From positions 1 to 64,000 of IMG/VR virus record IMGVR_UViG_3300027816_000052: 64,000 bases of DNA. One strand, given 5' to 3'. Positions 50,777-61,595 of the stretch are shown piece by piece. Both the position numbers and the translations under genes were made by a program. The notes below the pieces were generated by a model, which ran no database searches, was not told the DNA's origin, and worked only from the letters and a program-made list of their open reading frames with translations. Positions within the stretch are counted from its first letter, which is position 1. The number at the start of each line of letters is the position of its first letter.

Positions 50777-52546
50777 ATGCAAGGATTAACAAAAGAGCAA
50801 TTAGCGTTAGAGTATGTTAGGTGTTTAAAAAGCACACCATATGCACTTAAAACGTATTTACAAACATATGATAACACGGTACAAAAATATGTCCCTCTTG
50901 AGCTATTCAAAGACCAGCAACAACTAATCAACGATTATGATACGTTTGAAGAAAACATTGCGTTAAAATATCGTCAAGCTGGCGTATCAACAGCTACAGC
51001 GGGTTGGGCTTCAAAAATACTTGCTTTTGCGAAAAAAGAAAAACCTGAAAAAATTCTAATTATTGCAAACAAATTGGATACCGCCGTTGAGATGGCGAAT
51101 AAGATTAGAAGTTTTATTGACCAGTGGCCTAAATGGGTTGGTATTGAGTTTTCAGATGAAAAGAACGCTGCTAGACATTTTAAATTAAATAATGATAGTG
51201 AGGTTAAAGCTGTTGCCACTTCTAAAGATGCTCTTAGAGGTTATACACCAACAATTCTTATTTTTGATGAGGCAGCTTATATTGAAGCTGATGATGATTT
51301 CTGGGCTGCTTGTATGGCATCTCTTTCCACCGGTGGTAAAGTCATTGTAATATCAACACCAAACGGATTTGATCCAATTTATTATGAAATTTATGACCAA
51401 TCAATTCGTAATATGAATAACTTCAAAATTACAGAAATGTATTGGTATAGAGATCCCAGATATACAAAAGATTTATATCTAGTTAAAACAAATGATATCG
51501 TGGATTATCTTTTAAATAGAGAAGAAAGAAAAGATTTAGAAATTATTGATTTTTCACATATAAGTCCACATGAAAGAGATTTTAATATAATCAAGGATTA
51601 TATTGGTCAAGGGTTCAAACCATGCTCAACATGGTTTGAAAATATGGTTAAAAAATTAAAATATGATAGAAGAAAAGTTGCACAAGAACTAGATTGTCAG
51701 TTTTTAGGTTCAGGTGACAACGTTGTAGATTCAACAATTCTTGAAGATATTAGAGAAAATCAAGTTTGTGAGCCAAAATATAAAACAATGGGAGGTTCTT
51801 TATGGGTTTGGAAAGAACCCGAACTTGGTCATAAGTACGTTTGTGGCTTGGATGTCTCAAGAGGAGACAGTGATGATTTTTCAGCTTTTCAGATAATTGA
51901 TTTTGAAACCAGAGAACAAGTTGCGGAATATCTTGGTAAAGTACCACCAGATGTGATGGCGGAAATAGCGTATAAGTGGGGAACAACATATAACGCTTAT
52001 ATTGTTATTGATATTACCGGTGGTATGGGGGTTTCTACTGCTAGAAAATTACAAGAATTAAATTATAAAAATTTATATATCGATGGGCTTGAGCTTGGTA
52101 ATAAATGGAAATATGATGCAAAAGCACTTGATAAAATTCCCGGTATTAATTTCAATAATAAAAGAGTTCAGATTATTTCTTCATTTGAGGAGGCTTTAAG
52201 ACATAAATTTAAAGTTTATAGTAGTAGATTATTAAATGAGTTAAATTCATTTGTTTATATTAATGGTAGACCTGATCACCAAAAGGGTCGTCATGATGAT
52301 TTAATCATGTCAATTGCTATGGCAATTTATGTTTCCGAATTTTCTTTCACACAATTAGAAAAAGTTACGGAACATACGAAAGTTATGATTGAATCATGGC
52401 AAGTTAATACATATGAACCAAAACAAACTTCACAATTCTTTAATCCAAGCGTATCTTTTACTGATGATAAAAGTATATATAGAAATAACCCAACAAGAAA
52501 AGACTATGAACAACATTCTTGGTTATTTGGTGGGATAAGAAGGTAA
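50777..52546 (+). CDS. gp17: Terminase large subunit (T4 gp17-like)
   Basis: LKYRQAGVST Walker A, LIFDEAA Walker B, ISTPNG, GLDVSRG and HDDLIMS nuclease motifs. Confidence 0.93.
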   Translation: MQGLTKEQLALEYVRCLKSTPYALKTYLQTYDNTVQKYVPLELFKDQQQLINDYDTFEENIALKYRQAGVSTATAGWASKILAFAKKEKPEKILIIANKLDTAVEMANKIRSFIDQWPKWVGIEFSDEKNAARHFKLNNDSEVKAVATSKDALRGYTPTILIFDEAAYIEADDDFWAACMASLSTGGKVIVISTPNGFDPIYYEIYDQSIRNMNNFKITEMYWYRDPRYTKDLYLVKTNDIVDYLLNREERKDLEIIDFSHISPHERDFNIIKDYIGQGFKPCSTWFENMVKKLKYDRRKVAQELDCQFLGSGDNVVDSTILEDIRENQVCEPKYKTMGGSLWVWKEPELGHKYVCGLDVSRGDSDDFSAFQIIDFETREQVAEYLGKVPPDVMAEIAYKWGTTYNAYIVIDITGGMGVSTARKLQELNYKNLYIDGLELGNKWKYDAKALDKIPGINFNNKRVQIISSFEEALRHKFKVYSSRLLNELNSFVYINGRPDHQKGRHDDLIMSIAMAIYVSEFSFTQLEKVTEHTKVMIESWQVNTYEPKQTSQFFNPSVSFTDDKSIYRNNPTRKDYEQHSWLFGGIRR

Positions 52547-52558
52547 AAAAGATATAAA

Positions 52559-55500
52559 ATGGAAGATGAAAAACTAACAATATGGCAACGACTTTCTAAA
52601 GGATTTGGTCCAAACTCATTACTTGGACAAGAAAGTCCAACATTTAAATTTGATAAGAAGGTTTTATTAAAAACACCGAATAAGCAAGAGTACGAAAGAG
52701 AAAAACTCCAAGCACAACAAACAGCTTATTTAACATACCAATGGAGTAAGATTGAAAATAATTTATATACACAATCAGTATATTATGAACCCACTAGATT
52801 AGCATCATATTATGATTATGAGAGTATGGAATATTTTCCGGAAATTTCAGCAGCATTAGATACATTTTCGGAAGAATCTACAACGCCAAATCAAGATGGT
52901 CAAATGTTACAGATTTATTCTGAATCAAAAAGAATTAAATCAATTTTAACAGATTTATTCTATAATCAATTAGATATTAACACAAATCTACCCATGTGGA
53001 CAAGAAATACTTGTAAGTATGGTGATAATTTTGTGTTTTTAAAACTAGACCCAGAAAAAGGTATTGTTGGTTGTTTTCAACTACCAAATATTGAAATTGA
53101 ACGTATTGAAAAGGGGATGGTTAAACGTCCGGGTGGGACACCAAATAGCGACCCAGAAAATAAACAAATGAAATTCTCTTGGAAACAAAAAGATTTAGAT
53201 TTTAATACTTGGGAGGTCGCACATTTTAGATTATTGGGTGATGATAGAAAATTACCATACGGTACTTCGATGTTAGAAAAAGCGAGAAGAATTTGGAAAC
53301 AATTAGTTCTTGCTGAAGATGCAATGTTAATTTATAGAACATCTAGAGCACCGGAAAGAAGAGTATTTAAAGTTTTTGTTGGTAATATGGATGATAAAGA
53401 TGTTGAAGCATATGTGCAAAGATTTGCAAATAAATTTAAGCGAGACCAAGTAGCGGACCCAAAAACGGGTAATGTGGATTTACGTTTTAATCAAATGGCG
53501 GTAGACCAAGATTATTTTGTACCGGTTAGGGATATTGCTGCACCTAATCCGATTGATACATTACCGGGAGCGTGTATTGATTTAAATACCAGAATTCCCC
53601 TTCTTGATGGTAGAACTTTAACTTTACAACAAATAATTAATGAGTGGGATAATGGTAATAGAAACTTATGGGTTTATTCTTGTGACCCAAATACAGGGTC
53701 CGTACATCCGGGTATGGTAACTTGGGCTGGTGTAACAAGAAAAGACGCTGAAGTTATTAAAATTACATTAGACAATGGTGAAGAGGTGATTACAACTCCA
53801 GACCATAAATTTGTTCATAGAACTAGAGAATTTGTTGAAGCGAAAGATTTAATTGTTGGGGATAGTTTAATGCCTTTTTATTCAAGAACCGAAAAAATAA
53901 AGACCAACACTAATGATTATCACCAAATTTTTGATAATGAAAAAAATCAATGGGTTTTTACGCATAGAATGGTAAAAAACAGTACTGTTGGTAGTTCTTT
54001 AGTAAAAGAATGGGTTTTTAATTCTGAATTTAAAAATAAAGATAAAAAAATAATTCACCATAAAGACCATAATCGCTTTAATAATAATCCAAATAATTTA
54101 CTAATAATGAATGGTGAAGACCATTTAAAATATCACCAACATATCATAAAAGAAACGATTTGGAAAGATATTGAACTTAATAAGAAAAAAATTTCAGAAG
54201 GTATTAAAAATTATTTAAATAATCTTTCTTCAGATGAATTACAAAAAAGACATGAAAGAATTAATAATCCAATATCAAAAGCTAAAACAACTAAAAAGTT
54301 ATTGGAATGGAATAAAAATGATGAAAATTTAAAAAATAAAGGTAAAAAAATTTCAAAAGCTTATACAGAAGAAAGAAAAAATAAGATAAAGGAATTAAAT
54401 TTAATAAGGTGGTTGAATGATGATTATCGAAATAAAGTTTTTTCTAAAAAACAAACAATAACATTTGATGATTATATATATAATTCATTTGTTAGTGAAT
54501 TTAAAAAGACTTTACGTGCTGATTTAGCGTTAAAGAACTTAAATAATTCTTTTGAATTTATTTCACATTTTAAACAAATTAATGAGGAAATTAGAAGTTC
54601 GTTAACAAACTTAAATGAATTCACGCAAAACCATGTAGATAAAATGGTTAAACAACAAGGGTTTAAAAATTTTACTGAATGGAAACATTTTGAGTGTAAA
54701 AAGAGAGGATTTAAAAATATTCGTCAATGGAAATATAATGTTGAGAAAGAAATTTATTTTAACCATAAAATAACAAAAATTGAATGGTTAACAAATAAAA
54801 TTGACACTGGTACGATTACGGTTGATGGTAATGAATTATATTCAAAATCTCACACTTTTGCTATTGAAAGTGGTATTTTTATTAAAAATTCTAACCTTTC
54901 TGAAATTGCAGATATAGAATACATCCAGAAAAAACTTTTAACAGCATTAAGGATACCAAAAGCGTTCCTTGGGTTTGAAGAAGTTGTTGCTGATGGTAAA
55001 AATCTTGCGTTACAAGATATTCGTTTTGCTAGAACAATTAACAGAATACAAAAAAGTATGTTAGCGGAATTAAATAAAATTGCTATTATACATTTATTTA
55101 TTTTAGGTTTTGAAGATGAACTTTCTAACTTTACATTAGGATTAACAAACCCATCAACACAAGCTGATTTATTAAAGGTTGAGGTTTGGAAAGAGAAAAT
55201 CTTACTTTATAAAGACGCTGTTGCAGGAATTGAGGGTATTGCACCAACTTCACATTCTTGGGCTAAAAAACATATTCTTGGTTTCTCGGATGATGAAATT
55301 AAACTTGATATTCAACAACAAAGAATTGAAAAGGCGGTCGCAAAAGAACTTGAGAACACACCAAATGTGATTGTAAAAACAGGTATTTTTGATAGTGTTG
55401 ATGCAATCTACGGTCAAAAAGGTGGTGGTACTCAAGCTGGAACTCCCCCTCAAGAACCAACATCTGATATGACAATGCCTGAAACTAGTCCAGCATCATC

Positions 55501-55699
55501 ACCATCAATAACTCCACCAGAAGCTCCTGAGAGCGCACCAACTGAAACTCCAACAACAGTACCTGAATCAAAACAGGAAAGAGTAAATATTTTACTTGAA
55601 GGTGGTCTTTTAAATGAAGATGAAGAAATCGATTTGAGTAAAGCTAGAATTCAATTAGGTGAAATGGAAGAACATTTAAATAAACTTCTAAAGTCGTGA
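52559..55699 (+). CDS. gp20: Portal protein (T4 gp20-like) containing an intein
   Basis: YPEISAALD, MLIYRTSRAPERRVF, DYFVP, IDTLPGA|...|SNLSEIADIEYIQKKL. Confidence 0.92.
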   Translation: MEDEKLTIWQRLSKGFGPNSLLGQESPTFKFDKKVLLKTPNKQEYEREKLQAQQTAYLTYQWSKIENNLYTQSVYYEPTRLASYYDYESMEYFPEISAALDTFSEESTTPNQDGQMLQIYSESKRIKSILTDLFYNQLDINTNLPMWTRNTCKYGDNFVFLKLDPEKGIVGCFQLPNIEIERIEKGMVKRPGGTPNSDPENKQMKFSWKQKDLDFNTWEVAHFRLLGDDRKLPYGTSMLEKARRIWKQLVLAEDAMLIYRTSRAPERRVFKVFVGNMDDKDVEAYVQRFANKFKRDQVADPKTGNVDLRFNQMAVDQDYFVPVRDIAAPNPIDTLPGACIDLNTRIPLLDGRTLTLQQIINEWDNGNRNLWVYSCDPNTGSVHPGMVTWAGVTRKDAEVIKITLDNGEEVITTPDHKFVHRTREFVEAKDLIVGDSLMPFYSRTEKIKTNTNDYHQIFDNEKNQWVFTHRMVKNSTVGSSLVKEWVFNSEFKNKDKKIIHHKDHNRFNNNPNNLLIMNGEDHLKYHQHIIKETIWKDIELNKKKISEGIKNYLNNLSSDELQKRHERINNPISKAKTTKKLLEWNKNDENLKNKGKKISKAYTEERKNKIKELNLIRWLNDDYRNKVFSKKQTITFDDYIYNSFVSEFKKTLRADLALKNLNNSFEFISHFKQINEEIRSSLTNLNEFTQNHVDKMVKQQGFKNFTEWKHFECKKRGFKNIRQWKYNVEKEIYFNHKITKIEWLTNKIDTGTITVDGNELYSKSHTFAIESGIFIKNSNLSEIADIEYIQKKLLTALRIPKAFLGFEEVVADGKNLALQDIRFARTINRIQKSMLAELNKIAIIHLFILGFEDELSNFTLGLTNPSTQADLLKVEVWKEKILLYKDAVAGIEGIAPTSHSWAKKHILGFSDDEIKLDIQQQRIEKAVAKELENTPNVIVKTGIFDSVDAIYGQKGGGTQAGTPPQEPTSDMTMPETSPASSPSITPPEAPESAPTETPTTVPESKQERVNILLEGGLLNEDEEIDLSKARIQLGEMEEHLNKLLKS
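53573..54889 (+). mobile_element. Intein (439 aa) with HNH homing endonuclease
   Basis: CIDLNTRIPLLDG, TTPDHKF block B, WVFTHR...IHHKDHNRFNNNPNNL, HTFAIESGIFIKN|S. Confidence 0.9.
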
Positions 55700-55726
55700 T
55701 ATTTATTTAAAAATATATTTTGAAAA

Positions 55727-56434
55727 ATGAAAACCTTTGGAACTATAAAAACAAAAATTGAGGATAAATTAACTGATTCCTACAAAAAAAATACATTTAA
55801 AAAAGAATTAAAGAAATTTAAAACACTTGTTTTAGAAGATAAAAATGTTGTGCAAATTTATCACATTTATGACAATTTATCTAAACCTCAAGGATATTCC
55901 GAAGAAACATCAAAATTATTTTTAGATGAAGCAATTAATATGGTTAAAAAATCAATCGAAAAAACTGATTTTAAAAAATTAAATGAATGGATAAGTGATG
56001 TAAAATCTGAAAACAGATATTCACATATTGATATGATTGTTGAGGGTAAAGTCCAACAAATTGAATCTATTATTAATAGTAAAAAATTAATAATTGAAAA
56101 TTTACAGAAAAAACAAGATAAGAAAGAGGTAATTAATCTACCACTAAAAACTATGTTAGGTGTAGCAAATAAAGCATTAAATTCAATTGTGTCTAATTTG
56201 AATGAGGAAGAGAAAAAAGAGTTAACTCATATTATTTCTTTATCTGAAAATGATATAAAAATTCAATTTAGTGATTTAAAGGAAAGTACAATAAAAAAAT
56301 TAGAAAGTTTATTATTAGAACAAACTGATGTCGAGTTGGTTAATAAGATTCAAGATACTATTACAAAAATAAAAGATGAGACTCCCGGAAGTTTAAGTCT
56401 ATATAAGTTACTAACGTTAAATAAAACATTTTAA
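55727..56434 (+). CDS. Hypothetical head-module protein
   Basis: 235 aa after portal; ATATTTAT upstream. Confidence 0.7.
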   Translation: MKTFGTIKTKIEDKLTDSYKKNTFKKELKKFKTLVLEDKNVVQIYHIYDNLSKPQGYSEETSKLFLDEAINMVKKSIEKTDFKKLNEWISDVKSENRYSHIDMIVEGKVQQIESIINSKKLIIENLQKKQDKKEVINLPLKTMLGVANKALNSIVSNLNEEEKKELTHIISLSENDIKIQFSDLKESTIKKLESLLLEQTDVELVNKIQDTITKIKDETPGSLSLYKLLTLNKTF

Positions 56435-56504
56435 AAAAAATTTGTTAATTCAGTATTTGTTTTCTATACTTTAAAAAATAAACTTTTATGTGAGATGAGT
56501 ATAG

Positions 56505-56975
56505 ATGAAGACAGGAAAAACATTAAAACTAACCGGTTATAATAATATAAAAGTTAGTTACGGTACGGTGGATTTTAAAAATTTTAAATCGTTATATTTA
56601 AATATTCAAAGTTGGTTGCAACCAAAGATTGATTTGGAAGATTGGGATCGAGTCGTGGGTAATTTACGAAAAGATGTAAAGCACGTAATTCATGATATAT
56701 TAAATCCAATTTTTTTTGAAAATAATTATATTGTTGATTTGGATTTAAGAACTAGCGGAATCCAATATGGAAAAAGGAGTTTTATGAATTTAGAAATAAC
56801 ACTTTACGTTAAAAACAATATAAACTTTAAATCAAGTGAACTTAGAAATGAACTTAATTACATTTCAAGAACAATAAATGATAATGTCTTTTTAAATAAT
56901 AAATATTTTACATATTCAATAACAAAAAAGATTACACAAGAAAATATATTAGAAAATACACATATTTATAGATAA
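56505..56975 (+). CDS. Hypothetical protein
   Basis: 156-aa ORF. Confidence 0.7.
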   Translation: MKTGKTLKLTGYNNIKVSYGTVDFKNFKSLYLNIQSWLQPKIDLEDWDRVVGNLRKDVKHVIHDILNPIFFENNYIVDLDLRTSGIQYGKRSFMNLEITLYVKNNINFKSSELRNELNYISRTINDNVFLNNKYFTYSITKKITQENILENTHIYR

Positions 56976-56985
56976 AAAATTATCT

Positions 56986-57708
56986 ATGAAAATCTTAGGA
57001 CCAAACGAAATAGGACAAAGAGGTATTCTTATTGAAATGGATGCTGGTTATATTTCACCAAGTGATGAACGTAATTTAGCAATCATTAAAGAATCTAAAA
57101 ACTTATTGGATTATTCAAAACCATTTGAATTTTATGCTGTATTACAAAAATACGGAGTACCAAACAGAAATGGTAGAATTTATCCTGAAAGTATATTAAA
57201 AAGAGAATCTGAAAATTATTTAAAATTAATCAAACAAGGGAAAGCTATGAGTGAATTAAATCACCCAGAATCTTCCCTTATTGATTTGGATAGAGTTTCA
57301 CATCTTATTACAGATATGTGGTGGGACGGTCATATTTTAATGGGTAAATTAAAGTTATTAACATCACCCGGATTCCATGAAAGAGGTATTGTATCAACAA
57401 AAGCGGACATTGCTGCTAATTTGTTAAGACACGGTGCAACTTTGGGTATTTCCTCAAGAGGTGTTGGTTCATTGGTTAAAAAGGGTGAACAAAATGAGGT
57501 TCAATCAGATTTTGAATTAATTTGTTTTGATTTGGTATCATCACCTTCAACACCGGGTGCGTATCTCTTTAGTGATGTTAATGATAGAAACAAATTTGAA
57601 GAGAATATTGAGGAAGAGAAAAAATTGAGACAGCAGCCTATTTCAGATAAAAAAGAAATTAAGTCACTTGACTTAATGAAAAGATTATCCGATTATTTGG
57701 GAAAATAA
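56986..57708 (+). CDS. gp21: Prohead core protease (T4 gp21-like)
   Basis: NRNGRIYP, ELNHP, GISSRGVGS, FDLVSSPSTPGA. Confidence 0.93.
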   Translation: MKILGPNEIGQRGILIEMDAGYISPSDERNLAIIKESKNLLDYSKPFEFYAVLQKYGVPNRNGRIYPESILKRESENYLKLIKQGKAMSELNHPESSLIDLDRVSHLITDMWWDGHILMGKLKLLTSPGFHERGIVSTKADIAANLLRHGATLGISSRGVGSLVKKGEQNEVQSDFELICFDLVSSPSTPGAYLFSDVNDRNKFEENIEEEKKLRQQPISDKKEIKSLDLMKRLSDYLGK

Positions 57709-57725
57709 TCTAAAACATTTTAAAA

Positions 57726-57941
57726 ATGAACGAAAATCAAAAGTATTTTGTGGCAAAAGTTTCTTTGGACATTCCAGATCTTGACAGCGGTAGAATTAAA
57801 ACAAAAAAAGAAGAGAAATTAGTTATGGGATATTCCGTAACTGATGTTGAAGCTAAAATTACAAAAAAATATGAAGGATTTCCTAGTGATTGGAGAATTA
57901 CTGCGGTAGTTGAGAGTAAAATAGATGAGGTGATAAGTTAA
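57726..57941 (+). CDS. Small hypothetical protein
   Basis: KYFVAKV...EEKLV.GYSVTDVEAK. Confidence 0.7.
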   Translation: MNENQKYFVAKVSLDIPDLDSGRIKTKKEEKLVMGYSVTDVEAKITKKYEGFPSDWRITAVVESKIDEVIS

Positions 57942-57962
57942 TAACTTTATAAATAATTTAAT

Positions 57963-57991
57963 AAAAAGAGGACATTTTGTCCTCTTTTTTT
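57963..57991 (+). terminator. Intrinsic terminator
   Basis: AAAAA-GAGGAC-N5-GTCCTC-TTTTTT. Confidence 0.8.
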
Positions 57992-58045
57992 GTTTTTTTA
58001 TGATTTTTTCAAATTAGCACATATTTATTGTTAAAAATATAATAA

Positions 58046-59593
58046 ATGTCAGAAAAAAAATCATTAGTAGAAGATACTCTAATCCAAATGAGAAATTTGG
58101 AGGAAGCTATCCAAGAAAATGCAAAAGGAATACTTGCTTCAACCATGAAGGAAGAAATCAGTGATTTAGTAAAAGAGTCTTTAAATGAGACTGAAACAGA
58201 AGAGGAAATGGATGAAATGGAAATGGAGTCCAAGACCGATGATAAAGTTGACGAGCAAGAGTCATCCGATTTAGAAATGGACATGGATATGGAAGATGAA
58301 GTTAGTGACGAATCTGAAGAAGAGTCTGATGAAGATTCAGAAGAGATGATGGGCGCTGAAATGAATCTTGACATGGACGTAGAAGATGAAGTCCCGATGG
58401 ACTTAACAAACGCATCAACAGAAGAGCTTTTAAAAGTTTTTAAAGCTATGGGTGAAGAAGATGGTATTATCGTTAAAAAAGAAGATGATAAAATCCATCT
58501 AAAAGATGATTCAGAAGGTGTTGAATATATGATTGATTTAGGAGAAAGCATTAATGAACAACCTCTTGATTTGGGCGATGAGTCTGAGGAAGAAGAATTT
58601 GACTTTAATTTAGATGATGAATCTGAAGATGAGGAATTTGAATTCGATGAGTTTGAAGAAAGAATGCCAATGCGTAAATCACATAGAATTCGCAAAATGA
58701 AAAGAGATGAAGAAATGCATGAACAATCATTTGCGGATGAGACAGAGTCTGAAAAACAAGCCGATATTGATGCGATGTTAGACGATATCTTTAATGAATC
58801 AGAAGTATCTGAGGAGGAAGAGGTTGTCTATGAAATTGAGCTAGATGAAGAGGATGATAATGAAGATATGACGGAAGAAACTGAAGAAACAGATGAGGAA
58901 ATGAATGAAACCTATGATTTAGAGGAAGCATTCAAACCAAAAATGTTCAAAGGTAAAAATCCTGAAAATAAAACAAATAAAGGTCCGAAAAAGATGTTAA
59001 TGAAAAAACCTACCGGAAAAATGTTTGGTATGACACCAAAAATCGGTAAAACAACAAAAACATCGGAATCTGATGTAAAGAAAGTTGAGACCAAAGAAGC
59101 AGCAAGAACCTTGGGTATGGGTAGTAAATTTAGAAAAGGTGGTTTACCAAAACCTAAAGCTGCCCCAAGACATCTCGGAGAAGATTTTGATTTTGAAGCG
59201 ATGAACGCTGAGTTAGTTTCTTTAAGAGAAAAAAATGAAGAATATAGAAAAGCATTAAATATCTTCAGAGAAAAACTTAATGAGGTTGCTATATTCAATT
59301 CAAATCTTGCTTATGCGACAAGACTTTTCACCGAACATTCAACTTCTAAGCAAGAAAAAATTAATATTCTTAGAAGATTTGATGGTGTTGAGACAATTAA
59401 GGAATCTAAAAATCTTTACACAACAATAAAAGAGGAATTAAGTTCCAAGGGTGTTACACCAATAACCGAATCGATTGAGTCAAAAATTGAAAAAACTCCA
59501 TCTAGCGGTTCTGCGGCTAATTTGATTGAGTCAAAAACTTATGAGAATCCGCAGTTCTTGAGAATGAAAGACCTCATGAATAAAATAAAATAA
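58046..59593 (+). CDS. Prohead scaffold/core protein (T4 gp22-like role)
   Basis: Very acidic; many LxE/IxE sites; directly upstream of the MCP; C-terminal coiled coil. Confidence 0.75.
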   Translation: MSEKKSLVEDTLIQMRNLEEAIQENAKGILASTMKEEISDLVKESLNETETEEEMDEMEMESKTDDKVDEQESSDLEMDMDMEDEVSDESEEESDEDSEEMMGAEMNLDMDVEDEVPMDLTNASTEELLKVFKAMGEEDGIIVKKEDDKIHLKDDSEGVEYMIDLGESINEQPLDLGDESEEEEFDFNLDDESEDEEFEFDEFEERMPMRKSHRIRKMKRDEEMHEQSFADETESEKQADIDAMLDDIFNESEVSEEEEVVYEIELDEEDDNEDMTEETEETDEEMNETYDLEEAFKPKMFKGKNPENKTNKGPKKMLMKKPTGKMFGMTPKIGKTTKTSESDVKKVETKEAARTLGMGSKFRKGGLPKPKAAPRHLGEDFDFEAMNAELVSLREKNEEYRKALNIFREKLNEVAIFNSNLAYATRLFTEHSTSKQEKINILRRFDGVETIKESKNLYTTIKEELSSKGVTPITESIESKIEKTPSSGSAANLIESKTYENPQFLRMKDLMNKIK

Positions 59594-59616
59594 ACCTAAA
59601 AAACAATTAAAAAACA

Positions 59617-61476
59617 ATGGGTGCATTATTAGAAAGCGGTCTTGTTGGTAACATTGGTCTTAAGCATCTTAAGGTTATCAAGGAAGACACAATTAACAAG
59701 TGGGACAAATTAGGATTCTTAGAGGGTCTTAGAGGTCACTTAAAGGAAAACATGGCTCAGTTGTATGAAAACCAAGCTTCACATCTTATTAACGAAGCTG
59801 CTTCAACAACTGATAGCGGTTCATTTGAAACCGTAGTTTTCCCGATTATCAGAAGAGTTTTCTCAAAACTCTTGGCGAACGATATCGTATCAGTTCAAGC
59901 CATGAACCTTCCTATCGGTAAGTTATTCTACTTTATTCCGAGAATTCAGGGTTATACCGGCGCTACTGCTGATGCCGCTATCCCCGGTGGTTTCTCAGAT
60001 TCAGGTCAGCACTACGCTCCGGTTGGTTCTCCCGGTAACTATCCCGGAGATCCTAACACTGGATATCCCCCTGCTTCAAATGCTTATGGAAAGAATCTTT
60101 ACGATCTCTTCTATGAGGGTAATGAGCCGGGATTAAATCCTGCCGGTCTTTTCGATTACTCAAAGGGTAGATTCCTCATCGTAACTGCTAACACACAAAC
60201 TGTTGCTTGGAGCGGTTCTGACCTTATCGCTTCTGCTTACACCGCTGGTGAATTCAGAAAGATTTTAGTCGCTCTTTCAGGTTTCTCAACTGTAGGTGCT
60301 GGTAAGCTTATTGGTCCTGATGGTCAAGAAATGGATACAGAGTCATTCTTGTCAGATCTTACTCTTTATACTTCAAACGCAACAGTTGCTTCACAATTAG
60401 GTACTTCGACAATAACTCCTCTTCTTTACAGAGTTGTAACTCAGAAGTATGGTAAGGGTATTGTTGAGTACGGTACCACAACTCAGGCTCCGTTTAACAG
60501 AACTACAACTGGTGGAAATGGTGGTTACTTTGATAACATCTGCTCACCGACCGGTATCATTTACCTCGAAGTTGACGCTCAAGTCCCTGTTTGTATTTCA
60601 TGTAATAACGCTAACACAATTGATGGTTACTCTGGTGCCACTATTACATCTGCCGCTTGGTCAGGTTCATCTGGAAGTGGTCAAATTATGGCAGCTTGGA
60701 AGCGTTACGAAGAACTCGAATTTGAAGACAAGATTGGTGAAGTTTCGTTTGACCTTCAGTCAGTAACTGTTTCAGTAACTGAAAGAAAGTTAAGAGCACA
60801 ATGGTCACCTGAACTCGCTCAAGACGTTGCGGCTTTCCACAACATTGATGCTGAGGCTGAATTAACCGCTCTCTTATCTGAACAAGTTGCTGCTGAAATC
60901 GACAGAGAAATCTTAAGAGATTTAAGAAAGGGTGCTGCTTGGACATTAAGATGGGATTACAATGGTTGGAAGAGATTAGGTACCGCTGCTGTTCCTTATA
61001 CCCAAAAGGACTGGAACCAGACCCTCATCACCGCTATCAACCAAATCTCAGCACAAATCCACAAGTCAACCTTAAGAGGTGGTGCTAACTGGATTGTTGT
61101 ATCATCTGAAATCTCAGCTATCTTCGACGATCTCGAATACTTCCACGTTTCAAACGCTGCTCCTGAACAGGATCAGTACAACATGGGTATTGAGAAAATC
61201 GGTACATTAGCTGGAAGATATCAGGTTTACAGAGATCCTTACTTCCCACCCAACACTGTGTTGCTCGGTCACAAGGGAACCTCTCTCTTAGATACTGGTT
61301 ACGTCTACGCTCCGTATGTACCTCTCCAGTTAACTCCGACAATGTACAATCCGTTCAACTTTACCCCGATTAAGGGTATCATGACCCGTTACGCCAAAAA
61401 AATGGTAAATAACCGGTTCTATGGTAGAATTACTGTTGACGGTGTTCGTTCATTTGACTTAAGAGAATTGAGATAA
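59617..61476 (+). CDS. gp23: Major capsid protein (T4 gp23-like)
   Basis: FPIIRR, VSVQAMNLPIG, RKLRAQWSPELAQD, IDAEAEL, YAPYVPL, IMTRYA motifs. Confidence 0.96.
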   Translation: MGALLESGLVGNIGLKHLKVIKEDTINKWDKLGFLEGLRGHLKENMAQLYENQASHLINEAASTTDSGSFETVVFPIIRRVFSKLLANDIVSVQAMNLPIGKLFYFIPRIQGYTGATADAAIPGGFSDSGQHYAPVGSPGNYPGDPNTGYPPASNAYGKNLYDLFYEGNEPGLNPAGLFDYSKGRFLIVTANTQTVAWSGSDLIASAYTAGEFRKILVALSGFSTVGAGKLIGPDGQEMDTESFLSDLTLYTSNATVASQLGTSTITPLLYRVVTQKYGKGIVEYGTTTQAPFNRTTTGGNGGYFDNICSPTGIIYLEVDAQVPVCISCNNANTIDGYSGATITSAAWSGSSGSGQIMAAWKRYEELEFEDKIGEVSFDLQSVTVSVTERKLRAQWSPELAQDVAAFHNIDAEAELTALLSEQVAAEIDREILRDLRKGAAWTLRWDYNGWKRLGTAAVPYTQKDWNQTLITAINQISAQIHKSTLRGGANWIVVSSEISAIFDDLEYFHVSNAAPEQDQYNMGIEKIGTLAGRYQVYRDPYFPPNTVLLGHKGTSLLDTGYVYAPYVPLQLTPTMYNPFNFTPIKGIMTRYAKKMVNNRFYGRITVDGVRSFDLRELR

Positions 61477-61502
61477 TAGACTCAAAAACAACAAAATAAA
61501 GA

Positions 61503-61529
61503 AGGCGGGAGATTTCTCCCGCTTTTTTT
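61503..61529 (+). terminator. Intrinsic terminator after MCP
   Basis: GCGGGAGA-TT-TCTCCCGC-TTTTTT. Confidence 0.85.
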
Positions 61530-61595
61530 ATTTATATTTTTCATGGTTAATTGACGATTCTATGGATTAATGTTATATTTATTAAAAAGGTAAAA

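Noticed and set aside
50777-52546. Intein in the terminase
   Set aside because: Length and motif spacing are continuous, with no C...HN block.
58009-59298. Ser-rich minus-strand ORFs 58009..58695 and 58912..59298
   Set aside because: Antisense shadows of the acidic scaffold gene.
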